Shown in pieces: positions 23,503 through 32,869 of a stretch of DNA of 50,961 nt (positions are counted from its first letter, which is position 1; each line of letters opens with the position of its first letter). Where the stretch lies: the NCBI GenBank assembly GCA_964612455.1, contig CAZTCB010000005.1:1-50961 (forward strand), read 5' to 3'. Below the pieces are notes generated by a model that saw only the letters and a program-made list of their open reading frames with translations, was not told where the DNA came from and did no database searches. This DNA comes from an uncultured Subdoligranulum sp. (lineage in GTDB: Bacteria > Bacillota > Clostridia > Christensenellales > CAG-314). The translations under genes and the position numbers were made by a program.

Positions 23503-25911
23503 ATGCAGATATTGATAACGGTAGACACGACCGAAACGGTTTTGTCGGGAAAAAGCAGAATATTTAAAACGGGGCGTTTTGCGAAAGACACCCGCCGTAA
23601 AGGCGGTATCGACGACTTTGTGTCAAAGGTCGCCGAGGGCTTTTTACGGGCGGGGGAGTCGGAATTCTTTTTTGGCGAAAGCCGCGCAAAGAGTTTTTCG
23701 GCGACGACTACCGAGGGCGCGCACACGTTGTTTTTTAAAACGGGCACACAGATAAAGGGCAACGACGCTATAAACCCGACGGACTTTGTTTTTTTTGGGT
23801 ACGATGGCGAAAAAAATACGAAATCCGACGAGAGGTTTATCGCCTTTATGCGAAACAATCCGTCCTTTGCGGTGACGGTCGCCGACAGTGACGAAACTAC
23901 CGACGACGACGATTTTAACAAAGTGTATTCCGTCGTCGGCGGGGGCGGAGTCGGTTTTCCGCTGTTAAGCGACGAGCAAACGAAAATAGTGACGGGCGAG
24001 GAGGGCAATATCCTCGTACAGGGCGTAGCGGGGAGCGGTAAAACCAACGTGTGCGTCGACAAAATCATATATTGCGCTTGTCGGGAGTACGGGGGAAGGG
24101 TTTTGTACACCACCTACTCTCGGGGGCTGATTGTGGATACGAAAAACCGAGTCGCGGCTTTTCGCGACGCCGTCAGACGCCTTATCGACGAGTTTCGCGA
24201 CGGGAAAGTCGTTTTCGTCGGTACCGATTATAAAAAGGCGGTGGAAAACAAACTCGGTATTTTTTTGAGCGAGGACACGGTAGAGCGCATACGGGACAAG
24301 CTCATTCGGGTAGTTGACTTTCTCGACGAAAAAGTCGATTATTTTTTGCCTGAGGATTTGTACGAAAGGATAACGGGTAAACACGCGGATATCGTCGACG
24401 AAAGGTATTTCGTGTCGGAGTATGCCGAAAATATAAAAAACTATACTTTAGTCGGCAATCTCGAAAAAATAAAACAACTTTCGCTCGAGGTGGTGTTTAA
24501 AGAGATATTCGGGCTTGTTTACGGGAGCGCGGACGGCAATCCGTGTCTTTCGCGGGAGCAATATCGCGAAAAAAGGCGGGAGAGTTTTAGCGCGACGGAA
24601 ACGGATACGATATACACGGTTGCCGTCGACTACGGCAAGCACCTCGAAAAAAACGGAAAGACGGACAACAATTTTATTTGTCGCGAAATGCTTTCTTTGC
24701 CGTCGTTGCCAAAGTATTCTCTCGTCGTCGCGGACGAAGTGCAGGATTTTACCGAAATAAACCTCGTCTTTTTAAAGGCGATAGCGGTAAAAATGTTTTG
24801 CGTGGGCGACGGGCTGCAGATGATAAATCCGTCCTTTTTCAGCTTTGCCGCGTTGAAACGGATAATGTTTCAAAAAGACGTGACGGCGGTCAAACAACTC
24901 GTAAACAACTACCGCAATACCAAGCGTATAGAAGAAGTTGCGGACGCGCTGAGTGCCGTCAACGAAAAGATATTCGGCGTGCACAGTTTCGTTTTAAAAG
25001 GCAAGAGCGTAGAGGCGGATATACCGACGCAGACGGTGTTTGTCAGGGACGAAAACTTTGCGGAGCGCGTTGCGCGGGAAAATCCGGACAACCTTACCTT
25101 TATCGTCGGTAGCACCAAAAAGAAGGAATCGATAAAAAAAGCGTTGCCGTATCATGAGGTGTTGACCGTATCGGAGATAAAGGGACTCGAGCGAAACGCC
25201 GTCGTCATGATAGACGTTTTGTCGGACAACGCCGACGAATGGGCGGAACTGAAGCGACGCAGGGTAAACCGAAAGACGGCGGACGAAAACTCCGTGTATC
25301 GGTATTATTTCAACCTGTTTTACGTGGGCGTGACGCGTGCCGGTCAGTACCTGTACGTTGCGGAAAGCAATCCGCCCGAACAGTTTGAAGAGTTTTTTAA
25401 AAGCGAGTTTACCGTGGCGACGGCGAAAGACGCGGTAAAAATGCTATCGGAGATTTCTTCCGTGATGGCGGTAGACGACGTCGAGATGAAGGAGCGCATA
25501 GAGCGGTTTCTGGCTTTCGGGCAGTATGAAAACGCGCGCTTTGCGGCACAAAAGATAGCGGACGGGTACGAACGAAACCTGCAATTGTCTCGCGTGGACA
25601 CGTACGAAAAATACGTAGGCAAAGGCGATTATACGAGAGCGGGGATCGAGTTGTGGAAAGCGGGCTTGACCAATGACGCACGTCGACAATTGGTCGTTGC
25701 CAACCAAAAGGGGTTGGTGGCATTGCTTGACGAGGGACTGGCGCAGGGCAAGAAAAAATTTGACGCCGACGTCGTGACGCTTTTGCCGCGTATTTCGTCG
25801 GACGACGGGGTACGGGATGCGGTCAAGGCATTGCTTGACGAGGATTTGGCGGAATTGACCAAACGGCAGGAAGATATAGAAAAACTTTTTATCGCAAAGA
25901 GAGGGCAGTAA
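23503..25911 (+). CDS. SF1 UvrD/Rep-like helicase with about 165 aa of unrecognised N-terminal domain and about 200 aa of helical C-terminal extension
   Basis: Motif I GVAGSGKT, motif II VVADEVQDF, NYRNT, EIKGLERNAVVM, motif VI YVGVTRAGQYLYV. The start is uncertain: weak SD at 23503, and an alternative Met at 23848. Confidence 0.82.
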   Translation: MQILITVDTTETVLSGKSRIFKTGRFAKDTRRKGGIDDFVSKVAEGFLRAGESEFFFGESRAKSFSATTTEGAHTLFFKTGTQIKGNDAINPTDFVFFGYDGEKNTKSDERFIAFMRNNPSFAVTVADSDETTDDDDFNKVYSVVGGGGVGFPLLSDEQTKIVTGEEGNILVQGVAGSGKTNVCVDKIIYCACREYGGRVLYTTYSRGLIVDTKNRVAAFRDAVRRLIDEFRDGKVVFVGTDYKKAVENKLGIFLSEDTVERIRDKLIRVVDFLDEKVDYFLPEDLYERITGKHADIVDERYFVSEYAENIKNYTLVGNLEKIKQLSLEVVFKEIFGLVYGSADGNPCLSREQYREKRRESFSATETDTIYTVAVDYGKHLEKNGKTDNNFICREMLSLPSLPKYSLVVADEVQDFTEINLVFLKAIAVKMFCVGDGLQMINPSFFSFAALKRIMFQKDVTAVKQLVNNYRNTKRIEEVADALSAVNEKIFGVHSFVLKGKSVEADIPTQTVFVRDENFAERVARENPDNLTFIVGSTKKKESIKKALPYHEVLTVSEIKGLERNAVVMIDVLSDNADEWAELKRRRVNRKTADENSVYRYYFNLFYVGVTRAGQYLYVAESNPPEQFEEFFKSEFTVATAKDAVKMLSEISSVMAVDDVEMKERIERFLAFGQYENARFAAQKIADGYERNLQLSRVDTYEKYVGKGDYTRAGIELWKAGLTNDARRQLVVANQKGLVALLDEGLAQGKKKFDADVVTLLPRISSDDGVRDAVKALLDEDLAELTKRQEDIEKLFIAKRGQ

Positions 25912-25914
25912 ATA

Positions 25915-26625
25915 ATGGATAACAAAGAAGAATTTGCATCGCTCGCGGCGGCGTTTAAGGGATATCGCGATTTGCTGACGCCCGTGCAGGCTCATTTGCG
26001 CGAGCTGGTAGTCGGGTACGACTTGTTGCAAAACGACCTTAAAAAGCTCGACGAGTCTATCGGCGGCGGCGAAAAGCTCGACAGGATTTATCAAACGATA
26101 GTCGACCAAAATCGAAAAAACGGCGAAATAAGCGAAAAAATCGACACTTTTCTCCAAATCGGCGACAAGTACGCCCGACAAATGACCGCTTTAAGCGACG
26201 TGTTTGAAAAAACGGAGCGCAAACTCGAAGAGATGGACGAAATCGAAGCAAGGGCGCGGGAGCAACTGGCTCGGCTCGACCGACTGACGGAAGAAAAAAA
26301 GATAAATTACGACGTCCGAGAGCTTGAAAAAACGATAGACGGGTACAACGAAAACGTAAAAAAAATAAGTGACTTTATCAACAGGGATGTTGCCGCGTCG
26401 CTTGCCGACAACGCCAAAAAGATAGAGACGGTCAGAGTCAACAGCGAGAGTCTGGCAAAGACGGTGTCGGCGGAAAGCGAAAGCATAGACAAGCTCCTCG
26501 CGTCTTTTTCGGCCACCAACGCATTGTTAAAGACGCTCGTCGAAAAAGGAGATGTGGACAAAGAGTATCTGTACGATTTGTTGGACGGCTGGGCAAACCA
26601 ACGGCGGGTAAAAATAAAAAAGTAG
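25915..26625 (+). CDS. Coiled-coil protein of unknown function (236 aa)
   Basis: Heptad-like E/K/L-rich sequence. Starts 3 nt after the helicase stop. Confidence 0.7.
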   Translation: MDNKEEFASLAAAFKGYRDLLTPVQAHLRELVVGYDLLQNDLKKLDESIGGGEKLDRIYQTIVDQNRKNGEISEKIDTFLQIGDKYARQMTALSDVFEKTERKLEEMDEIEARAREQLARLDRLTEEKKINYDVRELEKTIDGYNENVKKISDFINRDVAASLADNAKKIETVRVNSESLAKTVSAESESIDKLLASFSATNALLKTLVEKGDVDKEYLYDLLDGWANQRRVKIKK

Positions 26626-26635
26626 AGAGACGACT

Positions 26636-28528
26636 ATGGCAGACAACGAGTTAAACCAATTGTACGAGGCTATCAAAAACGACGATTGCGAGACTTTTTA
26701 TTCTTTGACTAAAAACACGCGCCTCGCGTCCACATGTTTCGGTCGGTTTCCCGTGTTGTCGCTCATGTATTTGTACGGCAGCGACAAACTCGTAAAAAAT
26801 TTTGAAAAAAACCTGCTCGAGATATCGGCGTACGCTTTCGCGGACGAAACGGAAGAGTCCTATCTTTTGTTTAAAGAAAAGGCGAAAAAGTGTCTGAGGT
26901 TGTACGTCGACAAAGGGGCGGTCGTTTCGCCCCTCGAAATGTTACTCATACTCGGACGGGGAGCGCATTTTTGGCATATTTATCCTTCGGTTGCCAAAAA
27001 CATGACGATAAAAAACAACGTAAACGTCATTTGCAACATGATATACGGTGCTCCTCCGAAAAAGAAAGACGGAAGATTGGCGGCACCCGTATTGCCGCTA
27101 AAAAGGAAAAATCGCCTGTTGGCAACTTTGGCGTTGTTAATGAGCGGGGTGTTTGTCTTAGGGTCGGTGTTCGGCATAATTTTCGGCGTTGCGACCAACG
27201 GAAAAAGCCAAAATACGCCGTACGTCGTGGCGGGCGAAAACAGTCTCGTGCAAGCGTTGAATGCCGCGCAGGAGAGATATTATGCGGCACGGGGGGAAGG
27301 AAAGAAATCAAAAACGTATATAAAGCTGACCAAAGATATAACGGTGGACGACCTGTCGGGGTTTACCGAACACCTTTTTGCCGATATCGACGGCAACGGG
27401 TACACGATAACCGTCAAGCAGACGTTGACTGAGAGTTTGTTCGGTTATATAGTGGGCAGCGTCACCGACACGACTTTCGTTTTGACCGTCGACGCGACGA
27501 TAAAGGACTACACGGGGGTGTTTGCCACGGTATCGATGCAGGACGCTTTTGTCAAAAACTGTACTTTCGTAGTGGGCGGAAAGATATCGGTAGAGCAAAA
27601 TTTTGAATACTCGTCCGACTATTACCCCGTGGGCGTCGCAATAGGCGCAAACGGAGGTAAAGTGGTCGGGAGCAACGTGATTGCTTCGGATTTGACGGTG
27701 ACGGGGTACGAGCACGCCAATTTTGTGGTCGGCGGCATAGCGGGCGTAAACGAGGGCGAAATAACCGACAGCACGGCGAGTATCGCCGCAAGCGTCGATA
27801 CGGTTGATTTCGGCGGTATAGCCGCTTTCAATCAGTCGGCAGGCAAAATATCAAACTGTCGCAGCGAGCTTAAATCGGTTTGCGTGACGACGTCTGCAGA
27901 GGACTGGTCGATAAACGTCGGCGGAGCGTGTTACTCCAATCTTGCGGAAATTTCGTCATGTTCGGTATCGGGAAACCTGACCGTCGAGTCTTTGGCTGCG
28001 ACGGGGGTATTTGTCGGCGGTGTGACGGTGTACAATTACGGCGTATTGTCCGAGTGCTCAAACAAAGCGGACGTCGGGATAAAAACCGTTGCGACGTCGG
28101 TATACGTTGGCGGCGTCGCGGTGTTTAACAACGAAGAAAACGACGATTATTCCGACGGAAAGATTGCCGACAGTCACGCCGACGGAAGCGTTTCCGTCAA
28201 TCTCGTCGGCGAAAACAACCGTCTTTGCGTTATCGGCGGAGTGTGCGCGCAAAACTCGGCGGAAATGAAAAACAATTATTTTGACGGAAAAATAACGACT
28301 AACGCTACGGACACGGCAAAAATCGGCGGAGTAGCGGCGGGGTTGAGCGCGAGGGTTGTTTCAAATCCGACGGAGTATCTGGCGGAAAACTATTACACCG
28401 ACGACCGTTACGCGGGAGTGGCGTTTGAGTTTGACGCCGACGGGCGCATTACGCCGCTGGACAAAGCCGACGGGATAATTTTTTGCACGGAAGAGCAATT
28501 GAAAACCAAGGAGGTATACGGTCAATGA
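26636..28528 (+). CDS. Single-pass membrane protein: about 165-aa cytoplasmic N-domain, a TM helix, and an extracytoplasmic GLUG-like beta-helix repeat region
   Basis: TM helix LLATLALLMSGVFVLGSVFGIIFGV. Repeated units include VGGIAGVNEGEITDS, FGGIAAFNQSAGKISNC, VGGVTVYNYGVLSEC and IGGVCAQNSAEMKNN. Confidence 0.75.
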   Translation: MADNELNQLYEAIKNDDCETFYSLTKNTRLASTCFGRFPVLSLMYLYGSDKLVKNFEKNLLEISAYAFADETEESYLLFKEKAKKCLRLYVDKGAVVSPLEMLLILGRGAHFWHIYPSVAKNMTIKNNVNVICNMIYGAPPKKKDGRLAAPVLPLKRKNRLLATLALLMSGVFVLGSVFGIIFGVATNGKSQNTPYVVAGENSLVQALNAAQERYYAARGEGKKSKTYIKLTKDITVDDLSGFTEHLFADIDGNGYTITVKQTLTESLFGYIVGSVTDTTFVLTVDATIKDYTGVFATVSMQDAFVKNCTFVVGGKISVEQNFEYSSDYYPVGVAIGANGGKVVGSNVIASDLTVTGYEHANFVVGGIAGVNEGEITDSTASIAASVDTVDFGGIAAFNQSAGKISNCRSELKSVCVTTSAEDWSINVGGACYSNLAEISSCSVSGNLTVESLAATGVFVGGVTVYNYGVLSECSNKADVGIKTVATSVYVGGVAVFNNEENDDYSDGKIADSHADGSVSVNLVGENNRLCVIGGVCAQNSAEMKNNYFDGKITTNATDTAKIGGVAAGLSARVVSNPTEYLAENYYTDDRYAGVAFEFDADGRITPLDKADGIIFCTEEQLKTKEVYGQ

Positions 28529-28746
28529 AAAAAGACGGAGCGTATATCGCGTTTTTAATAGGCGCGGCGACGGCTTTCGTTGCCGACGTGATTTTTGCCG
28601 TCTGTCTGGCGGCGGGCTTGACGAGGATGTTTGGCGGCAACGTCCCCGCGATAGAGGGGCTTGTATTTTGTTCGGCGGTCGTGCTCGTCGTCAATATCGC
28701 CTGCGTCGTGCTCACGATTTTTTACTTTAAACAAAGAAAAGAATAG
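28525..28746 (+). CDS. Small two-TM membrane protein (73 aa), translationally coupled to the preceding gene
   Basis: ATGA start/stop overlap at 28525-28528. Two hydrophobic helices. Confidence 0.6.
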   Translation: MKKDGAYIAFLIGAATAFVADVIFAVCLAAGLTRMFGGNVPAIEGLVFCSAVVLVVNIACVVLTIFYFKQRKE

Positions 28747-28861
28747 AGGTTCGGATAATCGGTCGGCGGGGAAAACGTAGGGACGACAAAAACGAGCTTT
28801 TTGTTTCGTTCGTCGGTTTTTTTTACGTCATCGGCGCAGACGGTAAATAGCCGAAAAAGTA

Positions 28862-28890
28862 TTGACTTTAATCAAAAAGTGTGTTATCAT
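28862..28890 (+). promoter_or_regulatory. Promoter of the first small lipoprotein gene
   Basis: TTGACT 28862-28867, 17-nt spacer ending in TGT, TATCAT 28885-28890. Confidence 0.6.
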
Positions 28891-28932
28891 CAAAACGTAT
28901 ATCGGCGACAAGGTCGATATCGGGGAGGCAAT

Positions 28933-29376
28933 ATGAAAAAGACGTTTTTTGTTAACGCGATTGCGATACTTTTGCTGATTTGTACGGCGGCTGTTTTGGT
29001 TGCCTGCGGCGGCACGGATAAAAAACGCGACGAGCGCGTCGCAGAGTACGAGAAAGACGGTTACGTCGTATCGGTTAAAGACGACGCTTTCGTGGACGAG
29101 CACAACACTGCTTACGGCGGGAAGAAAGCCGACACCTTAAAATGGTGTTTCGTCGCCACGAAAAACGAAGTGTTAAACGATGACGGCGCGCATTACACCA
29201 ATTACGTCGTGACGGTGTATTATTTCGACAAAATCAGTTGCGCCGAAAACTTTGGCAAAATGAAAAACGCGGAGGAGCCGACGAGCATGTCGGGGTGCGA
29301 GTATTCGTGTCGCATCGATTGGGAAAACAATCTCGTCACCGTTACCGAGGGATTTACCTACGCTATCGACGCGTAA
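28933..29376 (+). CDS. Small lipoprotein of unknown function
   Basis: Signal peptide with lipobox LVAC|G. Start at MKKTFF after GGAGG. The ORF-track start 28801 is an upstream extension. Confidence 0.75.
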   Translation: MKKTFFVNAIAILLLICTAAVLVACGGTDKKRDERVAEYEKDGYVVSVKDDAFVDEHNTAYGGKKADTLKWCFVATKNEVLNDDGAHYTNYVVTVYYFDKISCAENFGKMKNAEEPTSMSGCEYSCRIDWENNLVTVTEGFTYAIDA

Positions 29377-29396
29377 AAGTATTTTCGGTCAAAAAC

Positions 29397-29425
29397 TTGT
29401 CAAAACGCTTAAAGTGTGCTAAAAT
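29397..29425 (+). promoter_or_regulatory. Promoter of the second small lipoprotein gene
   Basis: TTGTCA 29397-29402, 17-nt spacer ending in TGC, TAAAAT 29420-29425. Confidence 0.6.
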
Positions 29426-29454
29426 AACTTTTACTGAAATAAAGGAGTACGAAA

Positions 29455-29868
29455 ATGAAAAAGATAATCAGAGCTTTACTTTGTGTCGTTGCGGTCGTCT
29501 GTCTGACCATGGCTTTGTGCGGTTGCAGTGCAAATAAAGAAGATTACGTAAGCGACTATAAGGCGAAAGGGTACGCGATTGCCGATTTCGATTCCACCAA
29601 GATGGCGGAGCTCAGCAACTACTGCGACGTTTACGTCAACGATATCGACGCGGTGGAGTGGGCTGTATACGGGCAAAAAGAAGGTAGCGACGATTGGGTG
29701 GAGATTATCGGATTTAAATCCGCCAAGCGTGCAAGTCAATATAGCGTCACCACCAGATATAAAGATTTGGAGAAGTCTTATACCGACCCCGTTACGGGCG
29801 AAAAAGTTTCCGTTCACAAGTCGGTCAAGGGAAAAGTCTTTATTTTAGAGGTCGTTTACGAAAAATAA
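29455..29868 (+). CDS. Small lipoprotein, distant paralog of 28933-29376
   Basis: Lipobox ALCGC. Shared motif Y-x-K-x-G-Y just after the lipobox. Confidence 0.75.
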   Translation: MKKIIRALLCVVAVVCLTMALCGCSANKEDYVSDYKAKGYAIADFDSTKMAELSNYCDVYVNDIDAVEWAVYGQKEGSDDWVEIIGFKSAKRASQYSVTTRYKDLEKSYTDPVTGEKVSVHKSVKGKVFILEVVYEK

Positions 29869-29904
29869 TTTTTCGTAGCGGAAAAAGGTCTTAAAACGAA
29901 AAAA

Positions 29905-29957
29905 AGAGTATGAATACGGAGACGAGTCCGTTTGTTCATACTCTTTTATTTTTTTCT
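29905..29957. terminator. Bidirectional terminator between the lipoprotein and tetR genes
   Basis: AGAGTATGAA...TTCATACTCT outer stem with inner ACGGA/TCCGT. A-run upstream, T-run downstream. Confidence 0.8.
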
Positions 29958-29986
29958 GACGGCGCACGTGCCGCGCGATAAAAAAA

Positions 29987-30568
29987 TCAAATAGGTCTGA
30001 CGCAGTCGATTATTATTTTTTCGACAAACTCGATTTCGTCGGCGCAACCGCCGTTTATCCACTCGTTTATTATTGCGGTAATGCCGTTGAGATAATATTT
30101 AATCATATAGTTTGCCGTTTTTTCGTCTACGTCAAATCTGTCGAATATCGGTTTAAATACATGTCGGTTGAGCGCGACAAACTTTTTGTCGGAGTGCATG
30201 AGCGTCCGATGCCTGACGGCAACCTGATGAAGGACTTTGTTGTCCCTTATAAACTCGAGGTAAGGCGTCAGGTACTCGGGGGTGATTAAAATCAACTCTT
30301 GTTTGGAGCAAGTCGCGAGTTTTTTACAAAAAGAAGCGGAGTTGACTGTAAAATACTCGAGAAAACGCTTGTTGGTGTTGTCTATGCACTCTTGCAACAG
30401 GTCGTCTATCGTTTCGTAATGGAGATAAAACGTCGAGCGATTGACGCCGGCTTTTTCGCAAATTTCCTTTACCGTGACGTAATCGAAATCTTTTTTTTGC
30501 AACAGCTCTACGAGAGCCTGATTCATCAACAGTGCGGTATTGTAGTATTTGCTTTCCGATTTATTCAT
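29987..30568 (-). CDS. TetR/AcrR-family transcriptional regulator
   Basis: N-terminal HTH region TVKEICEKAGVNRSTFYLHY. Confidence 0.88.
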   Translation of the reverse strand: MNKSESKYYNTALLMNQALVELLQKKDFDYVTVKEICEKAGVNRSTFYLHYETIDDLLQECIDNTNKRFLEYFTVNSASFCKKLATCSKQELILITPEYLTPYLEFIRDNKVLHQVAVRHRTLMHSDKKFVALNRHVFKPIFDRFDVDEKTANYMIKYYLNGITAIINEWINGGCADEIEFVEKIIIDCVRPI

Positions 30569-30593
30569 GAGTCGTCTCCTTTGTCGACGAGCG

Positions 30594-30953
30594 TCAGTTT
30601 TCTTCTTCTTCGCTTATTTCTTTGGCTAAACGCAGGATATCCGAGCCGTATTTGTTTTTGCCTCTTTCTCTCAGTTTTTTATAGATAGGGTAGTTTACGC
30701 AGCAGCCGACGATACCGACGATACCTATGGCGATACCGACAATCGTTGCGCCTACGCCGCTGCCTATGACGCCCATAGAGAGACACATGCCCGTGCCGAG
30801 CACGAGAGAACTTGCTATGCCGAAGGTATAAGCAAATATGTTTGCTCCTTGTTTGGCTTTGGCGTCGAGTTTTTTTAGTTGTCTTACTTTGGTGGTTTCT
30901 TTTTTAGAATACTCGTTTGCGATTTGTTCCGCGTAGATTTTATCTGTGTTCAT
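30594..30953 (-). CDS. Small membrane protein (119 aa, two Gly-rich TM helices), upstream of tetR in the same operon
   Basis: Start MNTDKIY after GGAGGA. The ORF-track start 30992 is an extension. Confidence 0.65.
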   Translation of the reverse strand: MNTDKIYAEQIANEYSKKETTKVRQLKKLDAKAKQGANIFAYTFGIASSLVLGTGMCLSMGVIGSGVGATIVGIAIGIVGIVGCCVNYPIYKKLRERGKNKYGSDILRLAKEISEEEEN

Positions 30954-31092
30954 TTTTTTCGTCCTCCTTGTTTTCACGCTTGTAGTATACACGAGGTAAA
31001 GGCGAAAGTAAACGACAAAAAAGCCCGAAAACGTCGATTTGAAAAAGAAAAAGCCCGTTTAAACGGTATGTGTGACGATTATTCGGCTTTTT

Positions 31093-32274
31093 TTAATCTA
31101 TCCGCAAAACGACAAACTTGAGATACAATCCCTCTTGCGAGGTCAGCGACGGGGCGTGGCAGGGCGATTGGGTTTTTATTTCCATGAGTCTTGCCGTCCG
31201 TCCGCTTGCCTCCACTGCCTCGCGGACGGTTTTTAAAAATAAATTGAGGTCGACGTAGTGGGAGCAACTGCAGGTGACAAGATATCCGCCGCGATTGACG
31301 AGCTTTATCCCCGCCAGATTGATATCGCGGTATCCCCTTACCGCGTCTGCGACTCTGTCCGCCGTCTTGGTAAATGCGGGAGGATCGAGTATAACCACGT
31401 CAAACGTTTTGCCCGACGCGCGGTAAAACCTCAACAACTCAAAGACGTCCGCTTTGACGACGGCGACGTTGGATAATGCGTTTAAATCGGCGTTTTTTAT
31501 CACAGAGTCGAGGGCGACTTGCGAAACGTCCGCCGCGATTACCGATTTTGCGACCGTCGCCGCGTTTATCGAAAAACCGCCGCAGTTGCAAAAACAGTCC
31601 AGGACCGTTTTGTTTTTGCAATAGGTTTTTATTGCGAGACGGTTAAATTTTTGGTCGAGAAAGTACCCCGTCTTTTGTCCTTTTGCCACGTCTACCTCAA
31701 GCGACAGTCCGTTTTCATGTACGATTACGTCGGAGGGCAGTTTTCCGTACAGCACGCCTTCGGCTTGCGGCAAACCTTCTTTTTCGCGTACGGCGACGTC
31801 GCTGCGCTCGTAAATACAGACGGGTTTAAACACGTCTGCGAGGACGTCGACGAGCATTTTTTTTCGTAAATCCATGCCGAGGGATAAAAACTGAACGGAC
31901 AGCACGTCGGCGTATTTGTCGACGATAAAGGCGGGCAGATTGTCCTCCTCGGCAAATACCGCGCGATAACAATCGTCCCCTGTCCCGTCAAATACGTCTT
32001 CTCTCAATGCCTTTGCTCGTTTAACCCGCTCGACAAAAAACTCTCGGTCGTCGGCTTGGTTTTCGTCTCGGATAAAAATGCGCACGAGGATTTTTGATAA
32101 AAAATTGATATATCCTTTGCCGACAAATTTTCCGTCGGTGGTAAAAACGGTTGCCAAGCTGCCGTTTTTTTCTTTGTCGGGGTTTTCCGTCCTGTCGACC
32201 TCGTTGGCAAAAACCCTGCAACTGTCGAGAGGCGAGTGTCTTTTTGCAGTTTTTTTCAATATGACTTTTATCAT
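31093..32274 (-). CDS. Class I SAM-dependent rRNA methyltransferase (RlmI/RlmK-like, PUA plus MTase)
   Basis: VLDCFCNCGGFS (SAM motif I) and VILDPPAF (motif IV). Start at MIKVILKK after AGGAAA. Confidence 0.82.
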   Translation of the reverse strand: MIKVILKKTAKRHSPLDSCRVFANEVDRTENPDKEKNGSLATVFTTDGKFVGKGYINFLSKILVRIFIRDENQADDREFFVERVKRAKALREDVFDGTGDDCYRAVFAEEDNLPAFIVDKYADVLSVQFLSLGMDLRKKMLVDVLADVFKPVCIYERSDVAVREKEGLPQAEGVLYGKLPSDVIVHENGLSLEVDVAKGQKTGYFLDQKFNRLAIKTYCKNKTVLDCFCNCGGFSINAATVAKSVIAADVSQVALDSVIKNADLNALSNVAVVKADVFELLRFYRASGKTFDVVILDPPAFTKTADRVADAVRGYRDINLAGIKLVNRGGYLVTCSCSHYVDLNLFLKTVREAVEASGRTARLMEIKTQSPCHAPSLTSQEGLYLKFVVLRID

Positions 32275-32428
32275 CGTCGGATTTCCTTTTTTTGTCGTCT
32301 TTTTTATTACTTTACTATTTTTCGTCCGTTTTGTCAACGATAGCGACCTTCAGGCGCGCAAAAAACCCAAAAAACAAAAAAACGCGCAAGGTCGTTTAAA
32401 AAACGTCAAAAGGGGCAATAATCGACCT

Positions 32429-32869
32429 ATGAAAAAAGCGTTTGGATTTTTTTTATCGACGGTTGTCGTCGCGGCGGCGTGTTTCGCCGCACCGAGGTCT
32501 CCGTTGGCTTGTTTTAAGGGTGACGAGGCGGAGGTGTATTATACGTACGCCGTAAAGACGAGCTACCCGTCCGTAGAGTTGGGACAAGGCTGTCTCGTGC
32601 GCTGTCCCGTCACGTGTATTCAAGAGTTGCCGCAGGATTACTTTGCCGTGAGCGTGACGACTACCCAATCGGAATGGCAAAAAGCAAAAAAAATCCTGCG
32701 CGTGCGGGAGTTAAAGACGGAAGAAGGAGAGGATTTTTTTGACAGTTTGTGTTACAGCCCCGCGGTGAAAGGCGGCGTGCGCGTCGACGGAATGACGATA
32801 AACATGCAGGTTGCATTGACGGGGGACGGGGTAAAAATCGGTTTTCCCTTTATAGTCGGTTCTTTTTAA
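32429..32869 (+). CDS. Secreted hypothetical protein (146 aa)
   Basis: N-terminal signal-like segment MKKAFGFFLSTVVVAAACFAAP. The ORF-track start 32078 lies antisense to the methyltransferase gene. Confidence 0.6.
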   Translation: MKKAFGFFLSTVVVAAACFAAPRSPLACFKGDEAEVYYTYAVKTSYPSVELGQGCLVRCPVTCIQELPQDYFAVSVTTTQSEWQKAKKILRVRELKTEEGEDFFDSLCYSPAVKGGVRVDGMTINMQVALTGDGVKIGFPFIVGSF

